Under the pieces are notes generated by a model. The model searched no databases, was not told where the DNA came from, and worked only from the letters and a program-made list of their open reading frames with translations. 64,000 nt of DNA from contig OZ316898.1 of assembly GCA_973895155.1 (NCBI GenBank), positions 9,623,761 to 9,687,760 of the forward strand, in the 5' to 3' direction. Shown piece after piece: positions 12,535 to 24,610 of the stretch. The stretch comes from Marsupella aquatica. Lineage: Eukaryota; Plantae; Marchantiophyta. Made by a program: the position numbers and the translations under genes. Each line of letters opens with the position of its first letter. Within the stretch, counting starts at the first letter, position 1.

Positions 12535-15500
12535 TTTTGTGATGCATTGATGCATACTGAGGAGGCTTCTAGTGCTGATTTGAAGCATACACCTGATTGA
12601 CATTGGGAAATATGACACGGTCCTTTTTAAGACCTTGGCAGAGTCGGATATTCCGTGGGCGCCAACACCATCTAACTGCCATATCTGGGCTTAGGGGAGC
12701 TATGTGGAAGATATGAATTTTCTGTGTGTCCCAGAAATGAAGCACGAATTCGAAGCGAAGCAGACCTCCACGGTAGAACAAAAGCTTTGAGGCTTGAGAT
12801 GTAAATTTGTAGCACATTAGAGGATGGTCGTGCAAGAGTTGATGCCCAGGTCCTCTCACTTAAGAAAATTCTGATTGTGACGAAGTCCAAATTCAAGTGA
12901 GTCACTGTTAGGCAATTTCCATGGGAGTTTGGTGTGCATGTTTTCAATGAATGTGGGCTGTGCAAGAATCCCTCCACATGCCACTGATGCGGAGAAAGTG
13001 AATGCCACGCCCACTTTTGACGACAGTGCCCAAATTATGCTGCAATTTTTGCATGATTTGAGCAGGACTTCTATACGTCATCATGATTGTGGAGTCCTCA
13101 TTCCCCACCTACCAAATCCAAGTCCTACCAAATCTGAGTACAGCACTATCGAATTTCTACACCAACAAAGCAGGAGTCACTAGATTGACTAGATTGCAGG
13201 ACAAATCTTTGAAAATTTAGGTGAAATGTATTGGGAAGCGACAAGACTTACATTGTCCAGCGTGACAGGGTTACAGTGTCAGCAAAGCCCAATACTCCGT
13301 ATGACAGTAAACATAGCCCAAAGGTACAGTTAAGTACCAAACTTCCGTGCACCACGTGTCCTCGCCAAGCCATCAGCCCCACAGCTAAGTCTGGTGAAAC
13401 CGCCAAATCTAGCCTTCGGACGCTAATGTAGGGGTGGATAAGAGCCGTTAAAGCTGTGCTGTAAAGTGTACATGAGCGCCTGTGTCATCTGCTACGTGGA
13501 GACCTGCATTGGCCGTTATCATCATGAGCCACAATGACAATTTTGCATCCATCGACCATCCATTCAGTAGGCACCATCTCACCATTCCCATGTTTGTTTT
13601 TAGTGTGAAACTTAGCTTTTATGTTTATTTATTTATTTTTTGTTGATAGAAAACCCCTGTTGAAGAACAAGAGCAGGAAATTACAACAGCCCTAAGGGTG
13701 GCAAGTATCAAAAGGCCAAAGCCTGGACCTAGAAACAAGCCACAAGGGTACCTACACCAAGACAGCAACATCAGGCAGACCAGAAAAAAACTAACCTAAC
13801 CAAAACTACGCCCCAAAAGGAGGCAAAATGAAAACTAAAAGCCACAAAAATGCTTTCCAGATTGAATTGAAGCTCCCATTGTTTTGCATATTAAGCTCAG
13901 ATGCATTGTCGGGTTTGCTGTGAAGCCCAGGTTATCTGGCGAAGTTGGGATGGACTCTGATAAAATGTCTAAACAAGGCTCGCATAACACCTTTTACAGT
14001 TTAGACTGAACATGTGCCCTGTAAACGGTTTTCTTGATAGTTTGCAGTCGTGTTAAGTTAATTTACCCCGGTGTTCTGCAGCATCGTTCAGTTGCTGGTG
14101 CTCAGACTAGACTTTACAGTGACAAAGGGGGCATTGGGGGACAAAGGGGGCATTGGGTTTGAACACATATGCAAAGAGGGTTGAGAGCTTCAAAAGTTTC
14201 TAAAATTTTTGATTGAAAGTTGCACCAAACTACATTCCAAAGGAAACGTCAGTATAGGATAGGTTTAATGTCTGGTTTTAATACACATCATTCTCCTAAA
14301 TATACCAAGAAGACATAAAAGTAAATCCATTTGATTGTTTACACTCTGCAAAGCATCACCTCCAGGGGTGGGTTGCTCTACTGTTTCTTCTGCTCTTCCC
14401 ATGGCACCCACCCCTTGCTTGAAGGAAAAGAAGAAAACTTGATGCTAGAAAAAAAAAAAAAAACCGACCGTCCACTCATCAAAACTTCAATTACACTCTT
14501 TCTTTCCTGGGGTCTCCTTGGGACATCCAGGGCAGGCATCTCCTTACTAATGAGACCAACATAAATCCTTGGTGCTTGGTGTCCTTATTGTTTCTACAAG
14601 GCGTTTGGGGGATGATCTCCCCACCCCCTCCTCTCACCCACTTCCTCTCACCATTGGCTTTATCCCCAAGTCATGCAAAATGACATCACCTTAAACAAAA
14701 TGGAATTTATGTCTCCTAGAACTTCTCAGATCTCGACAATCTTGTAAAATCAATCACTCTGTCCCCTCGACAAAAAGGAAAACGAGACTTACCCTTGAAA
14801 ATGTTTTCTACCCTAGAGAATCTTGGAAATAAATGAATCTCGAAAGAACTTTTTTGTACTAAAAAACTAGAAAAGTACTCCGTTTCTGGGATCCGAACCT
14901 CGAAGTGACCAGCAATAGGATGAGGATGCCACGTAGACAATAGTACCCGTCCTGACACTTTTTACAGTATGCGTCTGTCATGCTGTGTCATGCCATTGTT
15001 CCTTCTCTCGTCGATTCTTTGGTTGGTGCCCTATCCATCCATCCATTCAGTAGTAGCAGTTTACATTCTCTCTATAAGTGCACAATCTAGCTAACTGCAA
15101 GACATCCAGTTATTTCCTTTACTTTGGTGAAGTTTGCACTTTTCTTGCAAATTTTGTAAATGCAAACATGCCAAAAAACTGTTGCTAATTGTTACTATAT
15201 AAGTGGAAACCCTCGACAAGTGTATAGGAATACATATCAATGCGTGCAGAATTCCATTGACTTACAATTACTGATGAGTGCATGACATTTTCCCGTAGAG
15301 TAAAAATGCACTTACAGGGTAGGAGATCATGTGTAAGGCAGGGGCATTCAGTTTAGGGTGAAATTCACAGGAATGTTCATTGACATAGAGATGTAAATGA
15401 TATACTCTTATTGATAAATGCACAATTTCTCTTTTTGCACTTATACTTTAGTACAACCCACACTAATGTGCCCGTGTCCATGGATCCACCAGGTTTCACC

Positions 15501-16747
15501 ATTTTTAGTACCTTTTCTAGGGTGGAGCAACGTCTCACCCTAGAAGAGAGAAATGTCAAAAGTGAGAACTCTTGGACTCGTCCTTTTACATGTCCATTGG
15601 TGGCTTACGGTGCATACTGATGATTCTTCCAGTGAGTGTGCACTTACAGAGATGAGTGTATGGCTATGTTGCACACATGCATGCATGTGTGTATACCAGC
15701 CATTGTAAATCACAAGACGACCACTTTTGGCTTTTTAAAAAGTGCTAAAGCACTTGGTTTAACTTCCTTTCTTTCCTTCAATTGTCTTATTTTTCCTGTT
15801 CTTCTTTTCGTTCTCCTCTTTTCCTTACCAAACACAAGAATATACTCTTGTGAGCCTTAATGCCCTTTGTGATATCTCTCCTTGCAATTTTAAGGGCATT
15901 TATGGCTAAGAGTGCATAGTCAATAGTTGGATTAACTGATAGGAAAAGCTCTCCTCGTTTTTTTATAAAACTATCAGTGAAACAAAAATTCTCGTAGGCT
16001 TTTAATTGCATTGTTACCAAAGCATTATACGTCGAAAGAAAGTTCTAACTTTCCTCCTTGAAAAGTGAGATAATGCAATCACCTAGAAAAATAGATAAAA
16101 ATCTATCACGTAAATAATGTGATGAACTAATGGTCCACATCAAGTATCCTGGTTTGACATTTTTTGTCCTTGGCACTCTGATATATATAATGGTATGACT
16201 ACGTCTTCACACTCTTTCACTAGTCTTCAATTTTGCTCTTTTGGATTTGTTTCATTCAATATCTACCTTAATATCTACCTTTTCTTCTTCTCTTTACACG
16301 CTTTCTCATGTATTTCCATTTCCTCTTCTTGTTGGGCTTTTAGGTCTTAAGTCTTCCCCTACTTTTCCCCTTGTTGGGCATCTGGGATCCTGTCTCCCCG
16401 ATTGGCTACTTTGTTCGTCAGCAGCATTGTCATGTTTATTGTTTGGGAGTTGTTTATTTGGGCCAACACTAAACAAGGTTGTCAGTTGTTCTTTTTGTGA
16501 AACTGAAATCAGGATGGCCCACGATGTTTCCGTGGATGGTGGTCCAATACAGTTTGGGGCCCATAATTTGATGATTAGGAGGTCAATTCGCAGTTTTGCA
16601 CCTGCAATGCAACTAGACAAGGAGTAGAGCCGCATTTCATGATGAAAGACTCCACCAAACGACCAAAAAGTCCCTATCCCTTTGATGGAAGTATAGCTTT
16701 ACCTACTCCTCTAAATATTTCAATTAATGAATATCAAGCCCAAAGAG

Positions 16748-16850
16748 GCATGGCTGTGTAGTAGCTCATTTGAGTGGAGTCAGATAGGTTTTGCTTCAAC
16801 TGGTGTGACCCTCTATGTGGTTTCACATATTTCACCTATGAAAAAGAGAA
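16748..16850 (+). mobile_element. tRNA-derived SINE-like element, copy 1 (degenerate)
   Basis: GCATGGCTGTGTAGTAGCTCATTTGAGT...GGTTTCACATATTTCACC plus an A-rich tail; similar to the copies at 24491 and 56024. Confidence 0.6.
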
Positions 16851-17110
16851 ATTGCAAATACACGTTTTACAATTACTGAATATCAAGGTATTACAATTAA
16901 ACTCAAATTTTGGGTAATGTGGTCCATGGGGGTTTCAAATACCAGCCCTGTGGTCCATGGGGGCTTCAAATCTGCTTCTTGTTGTCTAACATTGTCATCG
17001 AGAAGTTCTCCTCCTCTTTTCTTCTTTTCTTCTTTCTCTTCACACTCTTTTACTCTTCCTCTACTCTTCTCATCACCAACAATTGCTCTTCCTCTGTTCT
17101 TCTTCTTCTC

Positions 17111-17190
17111 TTCTTCGTGCTCTGTTCTGTTCTGCTCTGTTCTGTTCTGTTCTACTCTGTTCTGTTCTGCTCTGTTCTGTTCTGCTCTGC
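17111..17190. repeat. (TTCTG/CTCTG)n pentanucleotide microsatellite
   Basis: About 16 units upstream of the ADP/ATP carrier gene. Confidence 0.9.
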
Positions 17191-17972
17191 TCGACTGCTC
17201 CGCTCGGATCTCCGCTCGGCTCCAGTCTTCGATACGATTGCAGTGTGCCATAATTGCGCTCGACAACCTCCATTTCGTGGAAGTTGGGAGAGTCCGAGAG
17301 GACGAGACTGGAAGGGATTGACTGAGAATTGGGCACCGACTCCCCGGCCCACCTACGACGCTTGCCGTCCTGGAAATGGCTCGGAGCTCGATGGCGGGAC
17401 AGTCATTCTTGCGGAAATTCTCTCTACAGCAATAGTTGGAGGTGAGGTGAGGTGAGGTGAGAAGGTGGCGGGATTGAAGATAGGAAGAAAGCTTTTTCTG
17501 TCGATGCGGCTAGTGTGAGGAAATCCTCATTGGTGAGTGCAGCACCCCATTCTTGCCCGTCGTCCTGTGGTGCGGAGTCGAAGGGATTCGGGAGGGAGTA
17601 TAGGGAATTGGGTCCAGGAGTTTGGTGAAGCGAGAGGGAGCTCTGCGTGATCGGGACGAGTGTAGGGAATTGGTTGAAGGGGCTGAGTTCTTTGTTCTCG
17701 ATTCGAAATTGGGTTTGGTCGAGTTGGCTTCTTCTTTCTCTTTTTGTCCTTCGGATCTTCCAGTGAATCGGTGCGATAGACTGGGGTTGAGTTGGGTTTG
17801 GTTGGGTTTGGATTGGGATTGAGATTGGTTCGTTTGGGTTGATCGATTAGTTTGGTCGAAGAAGGAGAGAGCGGGGAATGGGGGAGGAATTTGGTGAAGG
17901 CGTGGAGAGGAGCAGAGGAGAGGAGGAGAGGAGTAGAAGCGAAAATGAGGACGCGGGAAGGAGGAAACAGTA

Positions 17973-20182
17973 ATGAATACATTGCCCGTAGAGCTGGTGG
18001 TCCCTGGCTCTACGTCCTCTTCCTCCTCTTCCTCTTCTTCTGCCCCTTCGACGACAGAGAGGAATTTAGTGAGTGTGACGACGAGTGGGAGAGACGATCA
18101 ACAACAACAGCAGCAACAACGACAGGGAAGGCAGCAAGAAGGAATAATAGGGCAGCAGCCGCAACAACAGGAATTGCGGAAGGGTGCAGTGGACGTGGTG
18201 GAAGGAGCAGATCGGCGGAAGGCAGCATGGAACAATTTGTCCAAAGACATGCTCGCTGGCGGCCTGCTGGGGGGCGTGGCTCACACTGTTGTGGCTCCCG
18301 TCGAGAGAGCCAAACTCCTGTTGCAGACGCAGGACATCAATATGATCGTTCGAGATGGCCGCCATGCTCGATACAAGGGCCTCGTGGATTGTATTGTGCG
18401 CGTGGCTAGGGATGAGGGTGTCCTCTCTTTGTGGCGTGGAAACGGCAGCAGTGTCATGCGTTACTATCCGTCCCTGGCCATCAACTTTGCTTTCAAGGTA
18501 AATCATTCTATGGATACACAATGTCAAAATTCTTTGCAAAATTGGGCGGGTAACACAGCTTTCCAATGTTAGGACGAAATTGGTTGTATCTGTTCCGAAA
18601 GCAAGCTAATAAGAGTCTCAACTTTGCCAGAGTATGATCAGTTGATCGATAAGTTTTGGGTTTGCACGAGTTAATTTCCAACTTTGCATGCTTTTCCAGA
18701 CAAGACTATGATGTGACGCCCTTAGTCCTGTTCTAGTCGAACCCTGATCCGAGGAAGTGTGGATATAGGTTACAGTTCTTGAGGGGAGGAGGGTCCCCAT
18801 TTCGGGTCGACTACATAATGTGGACCCTCCTCCTCCTCAGTATATAGTGAACTGCTGATCTTCAAGTCTAGCGAATAATGTTTTCAAATTCCCGGTTTTC
18901 GGGAGGAAAGTTTTCATTCTGGATCCACCTTTTCAGCAGCAGTCCATCTGCGTTCAGTTGTAGAACCGGCAGGCGTAAAATAGTGAGTGCAATCGAGTTT
19001 CATGTTGGAATATTCCTATGCTCGGAAGTTCTTAATTTTCGGGTATAGGTGGCTCTCAGTTGACTACGATTTTGACAGTTCTGTAGATTGGGACGTAGTC
19101 AGGTTTTTGACAAGACCTGTACTACACCTTAAGGTAGAGGTTGGAGTAGCTTCTTTCAGAAAACAGACATGCAATCAAGACGTTCAAATGCAATTGTAAG
19201 ATTCTGTAGTCGTCGGAAATAACAAATGCCCTGGGGAGGTGAGCCAATTTCGTCGAAATCTCATACACAAAAAGGATGTTATATTTATATTCAATTGATT
19301 GAACATCTCAATCGCAGCTAGTCTATGTTGATTTAGAGATAGCAATGCCATTTCCCTCGCTTCTATGTCCTTTCGTGAGAAGCGCTTTGGGTATTGGAAG
19401 TGTATCGTAGCTGTGTGACCTACTATGTATGCTGATATTTATCTTTGCAGGACTTCTACAGGACCTTTCTCACGACGGGCGATGACACTGGAGGCGAGAG
19501 GCCATCATCAGAAGCAGCCGCAGCCCAATTTGCCCTTGCACGAGCTCCCGCAAACTTTCTGGCTGGCGCAATGGCAGGGTGCACGAGTCTGTTGTTTGTC
19601 TATCCTCTTGATATTGCCCACACTCGCCTGGCAGCTGACATAGGCCGCGGATCATCACGTCAATTTCAAGGCATTAGAAATTTTTTAAGGACTATTTATG
19701 CAAAAGACGGGCTCCGTGGAATCTACCGAGGTTTTCCAGCATCAGTGCAGGGCATGGTAGTTCATCGATCTGTCTACTTTGGTGGGTTTGACACTGCCAA
19801 GGACTACCTCTCACAGGAAAACCCTGAGCACATTCCTTTCTGGCAAAGGTGGGTTGTAGCTCAGGGAGCAACCACCTCCGCGGGACTTATTTCGTATCCT
19901 CTGGATACGGTACGGAGGCGCATGATGATGCAAGCTGGACTTGAGCAGCGGATGTATGCAAACACCAGGGATTGCTGGAAGAAGATATACCAAACCGAAG
20001 GGTTATTCGCGTTTTATAAAGGCGCCTTGACAAATATGGTTCGTGGTACTGGAGCTGCACTCATACTGGTTTTGTATGATGAAGTGAAGAATTTCATGCA
20101 TTCGACTGTCCCAAACACTATGGATGTCATTCCTCCTCTTAGACAAGAGGCAAATGCGAGTACACGACCTCAAAAGAGCTAA
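17973..20182 (+). CDS. ADP/ATP carrier (mitochondrial carrier family, At5g56450/PM-ANT1-like); exons 17973-18497 and 19451-20182
   Basis: Three carrier repeats (APVERAKLLLQTQ, YPLDIAHTRLAAD, YPLDTVRRRMMM), the RRRMMM ANT signature and SLWRGNGSSVMRYYPSLAINFAFK|D. GT-AG intron 18498-19450. Confidence 0.93.
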
Positions 20183-21421
20183 GTGCTCTACTTGCTAGGT
20201 GTAGTATCTGTATATAGATGCGCCGGAGACAGATGAACCTCTGGTCACACGAATTTTTTTGGGTCTTACGTGAATGATTATTGTATGTATCTACACATCG
20301 TCGGATTAAATTAGGATGCACTTTTGAAAGGAATTATATGGCGTAGAATAGCCTGTATTTTTTGCCCCTCAGGTGGGTCTGTTCAAAGGAAACAACATCA
20401 TCACAACTGCGAAGATAATCTCAGTTCATTACCGTATGGCTCATCGATTGGTGGCATTCATGAGACCCTCCCCTGGGGTCAGATTTTCAAGATCGGAATC
20501 TGTTCCATCTCTTAAATTTATCCGATCAGTCTTCCTTCATGACGAGCCTTTGCTTTTTATTTGCCCGGTCGGGTTGGGTTGTTAAGCTTCGTGTATTTCC
20601 CTTGAACTTGTCCAAAGATACTGTGTTTCAGTGAACACCTTCTCCTTGGACAGGTTCAGGTGAGCACTTCAGACCTCGAATATGTAAACCTCTGCACAAG
20701 CTGTTTCCCTTTGTTTTGTAAGAGGCGGCTAGGGCTAATGACTTTGAATGCTCTTTTTCACCATTCTGAACTGCTCGCACATCTTCATAGCTTGGCTCTG
20801 GGTACCTGGTAGCTGCTGCCTTCCCAACAGAGCTATGATCCTCTTCGTTGTTGGCATGTTCCTCACTTCGTTATTCAAATGTGGGAGGCAAGTTTCTAAT
20901 AAATTTCGTTGTTGTCTAGTGTAAGAATTAGGATTGTATTCTCTTGACGGTGTTTGGGGTGGGAAAGTTCAGTAGCTTCACGTTGACTAAATTAAAGATC
21001 TTCATTGTCAGGACTCCATATCAGGAGGCCTGTGTGAGAGCTCCTCGCTAAGCGTTCAGATGAGCTCGTCCATGTTGAAGCTTTAATGACAGACAGGGTG
21101 GAATGGAGAACGCTTGACATCAATGAAATTTTTTTATACGTCCAGAAGAAATTTATCAATCACCTTAGTAGTCACCGGCACCATATCTATGACCTTACTC
21201 AGCCTAATGTCAGATCGAACTAATTGTTAGACTGCGGAGCAATATGAAAGAATATGGTGTTTAAGCTGCTGTTAGACTGCTGTAGTTTGCATGGTCTACA
21301 AGGATTTCAGAACTTCCCTTGCAAATTGTAGCATTGCATAAAAGCAGTAAGGATATTACAACTTGTAAAACGAACATACATAAGGAGCAGTATCTTCCCG
21401 TTTCAAATCGTCCCAGGTGGT

Positions 21422-21550
21422 AATGCACTCTACGTTCCGCTATAAATACCATCTGCAACTATTCATCTTCAAATCTAATTCTATGGCAATGCACTCTACG
21501 TTCCGCTATAAATACCATCTGCAACTATTTATTTTCAGATCTAATTCTAT
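21422..21550. repeat. Direct tandem duplication of about 66 bp
   Basis: AATGCACTCTACGTTCCGCTATAAATACCATCTGCAACTATT...ATCTAATTCTAT occurs twice. Confidence 0.9.
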
Positions 21551-22396
21551 TCTTTGTCGAGAGGCATCGATACAAGGAGTTAAGCATATCTACAGGTACT
21601 CAACGATATGGAGGCGACAAACGTAGTGAGCTCGCTTACCACGCTAGAAAGTGGGAACTTATTTGGGTTGTAGAAAGGAAGGCGGATGACTTGCGTCAAT
21701 GTAAGTTTGCTCCTCGTCAATCTAGTATTGACGGCTAACACAAGAGAGAAGGCATAGAAACTCGTTTACCTTGTTCAAACTTCAGGAAGGTTTAGCTTAC
21801 TTCACAGCTCTGTTTTATAGGTGTATAGAACAGGATACGATTCCAAAATGAGCTACCCAGGTCACGACCTAGGATGCATCTCTTGGTTTGGGCTGTTTTT
21901 TGTAATAGAATACTGGGGAACGTGACATCTGAGACCTCGAGTAAGCCATCGTCGACTGGACAACTGACTCGTGTAGAAAAATAATTGCAAATGTATTCAA
22001 GTTCCTATCACAAAATTCTTGCTGCATGAACAGACCTCCATGTCCAACAACAACATAATGTCCGATCCGAATGTCATACAGAAATTGGTATATAGCCCGC
22101 GCTCAAAGAGCCAATGTATTCAATTTTTATAACAAAACTTCTCGCCTCAGCAAATAGTTCAATCCAACCTAGTTATCCACCAAAGGGGCTATTTTACTTT
22201 CGGGTTCATGGACCTACTGATCAAATTTTCTCTCGGATGCTAATCAACAATGTCTCACTCACAGCCTTCAAGTATCATTCGAGATTCATCTCGTGCCGCA
22301 ATCTGGTTCATGGAAATTGTGTCCTAAACTGTTGTACAAGCCACCGAAGATTTCTGGTGACAGAGTTCTAAATCTAATTCAAGAAAGAAGATAGGG

Positions 22397-23518
22397 TCAA
22401 TCTCCACTGGCACAACCTCTGCAGCCACAGTGGACGCATTCAATGACTTTTTCTTCACGCAAGTGCTTCGGAACGCGACACACACATGTGGTCCCAAAAT
22501 TGTGGTCACGAGGCTGTATGCATCTTAGGCAGCACAGCTTTTCATACCCTGGCTGAAAACTCACAAAAGCATAAAACCAGAGACAGAGAAACACTAATTA
22601 GAGACAGGAACGAGACGTCAGACAAGGGGCACAAGCTAGCTCTAGGACGAGTCTCTGGACAGGATACCTGCAAAAGTAACCCTAAATTTGAACCACGCAG
22701 CATAGACAACAGAAACTGATCAATTTTCTTTTGGGAAAAATCACCAATCAGCTGCCATTGTAGAGAGAGCCATCAGGCAAAAATCTAGAAGAGTTTGCAT
22801 TCAATACCCTAGTATATCAAACTACATCCCAATCAGCAACCCATACCACAATGTAAGCGGGATCAAATTTGCAACCTACCATTTCCCATAATTTTAACTA
22901 AGAAGCATACAAAATTCCAATTTTTTTTATCAAATTTGCAAAACCCTAAACATACCTTCTTCCATTTGGCAATTAAGCTCTTATCAGCGTGTCCTTGATC
23001 GAGACAAAACTCGAAAAGCTCCCTCGAGATGGCCTTCCGTCGGTAAAAGATGTCGTAGATGTATCTGGTCTTCTGGTGACTGATTTTGAAAATGGGCCAT
23101 AGCGCTTCACACTTCCTCTTCCCCTCGTGTGATTCGTTCTCAGCTGTAAATCCCACAAAGCGCTCATCGTCAAACCTCGGCCCCAAGAATTAAATTGGCA
23201 CCCGCATGGACTGCAGCTCCCCCTCACCGTCGACATTCAGGACTCGATGAAAAGGGCGATTCCTCTGTGAAGAAAAACTGGCAGCAAGCAGCTGGACCAA
23301 CCTCACTCGCAGCAAGTGCTCACTACGGAAACGGAAGAACATAAATCAAGAAGAAACAAAAAGCAAAAGATTGCTGGAAATTCTGAGCAGGAAAGGAGTC
23401 ACCGCCACACACACACAGACATACCTTCGCGCATTTTCAAGTCGAGGTCCCGGAGAGTGGGCTCGATGAGCTCCCATCCTTGTGGGTACCGCGTTCGATT
23501 CGTTTTCACTTTGGGCAT
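22397..23518 (-). CDS. BUD31: BUD31/G10 spliceosomal NTR protein; exons 23518-23425, 23143-22956 and 22552-22397
   Basis: [31 protein letters not shown]|[30 protein letters not shown]...LIAKWKK|[28 protein letters not shown]...[14 protein letters not shown], with canonical splice sites. Confidence 0.96.
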
Positions 23519-23780
23519 CTTTGCTCGATTGTCTTCTTCTTCTGCTCCTCCTCACTTGCGATCAATGTTGGCGCCAAGATTTTCACTGATTGATTTTTCG
23601 CCCTTCCTTTCTTTCCTTTCCTTTCCTTCCTTTCCTCCCTTCCTGCAGCAACTCGGCAACGTTGAAGAAGTGGAGTCCGACAGAACGAAACCAAACGTAT
23701 TACTATACAGTGACAGTGTAAGTGCATCGTGGATAAGTGCATTGGTGCAAGGGTAGTCCCCTCATCTATGTATCTATCTA

Positions 23781-24014
23781 TCTATAATTATAATAAGGGA
23801 TCACACCTTTTTTTGTTCTTTGTCCCAATAACAAAAAAGCACCTGGGCGGCAAAGATACACACTTGTTGGATTCGATTTGCTGTTTTCCTGACCATTGAT
23901 GGAAGAAATGTGCAGCCCTGGCACATATGTGCTTCCCGCTGCCCCATAAACACCCGGGCTTGACTACCTATGGGCTAGCCCTCTTTGCACCGTGCAACGC
24001 ACGGGCATGGGGCT
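23781..24014 (+). mobile_element. Probable non-autonomous mini-Helitron
   Basis: 5' end TCTATAATTATAATAAGG and 3' hairpin CCGTGC-AAC-GCACGG (23990-24004), as in plant non-autonomous Helitrons. The terminal CTAG is not intact. Confidence 0.5.
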
Positions 24015-24015
24015 C

Positions 24016-24380
24016 CTTTGTAAATGCACAAAAAATCAGTGCATTAGTGCAGGGGTAGTCCCCTTATATTACAAGAATTTTCTTTGTAAATGCACAAAAA
24101 AATGAAGTTTGCACAATTGCAGGTAGACACTCACTGAACAACAAAATATGTGCACCAAAGGAGGGGTAGCCCCTTAATATTGCAAAAGAATTTTCTTTGC
24201 AAATGCAGGGGAAAATGAAGCTTGCATAAGTGCAGATTGACCTGAACTAGACAACAAAATATCTGCACTACAGAAGGGTAGTGCCCTAGTATTACAAGAA
24301 TTTTCTTTGTGAATGCACTAAAAAATGAAGTTTGCATAAGTGCAGGTAGATCCTCACTCAACAACAATATACTGGCACCA
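24016..24380. repeat. Degenerate tandem array of about 110 bp upstream of BUD31
   Basis: GGGTAG.CCC...AAGAATTTTCTTTG..AATGCA...AAAATGAAG.TTGCA recurs about 3-4 times. Confidence 0.8.
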
Positions 24381-24490
24381 AACAACAAATAGATAAGTGC
24401 ATTTCTGTCTATTTAAGTGTAGACATTCATAAACTTATTAGTTACTGCAATGCATACATAAGAAATAGTTAATATTGTGCGCCTAGGGAG

Positions 24491-24610
24491 ACATGGTTGT
24501 ATGGTAGCTCACTTGAGTTGTGACTCATGAATCTTGGGTTCAAATGTTATGACTAATTGTTCCCTTTTTGTGGGGTTTCACATATTTTCACCAAAAATAA
24601 AAGAAAAAGA
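24491..24610 (+). mobile_element. tRNA-derived SINE-like element, copy 2
   Basis: CATGGTTGTATGGTAGCTCACTTGAGT...TCTTGGGTTCAAATGTTAT...GGGGTTTCAC plus an A-rich tail; A-box-like and B-box-like motifs. Confidence 0.7.

Noticed and set aside
13620-14960. Possible LINE 3' end (reverse poly-A) and LTR-like TGACA end
   Set aside because: Suggestive composition only; no RT motif, paired LTR or TSD could be shown.
16883-17455. Overlapping ORFs with EQNR or SVLFC repeats
   Set aside because: They are translations of a TTCTG microsatellite.
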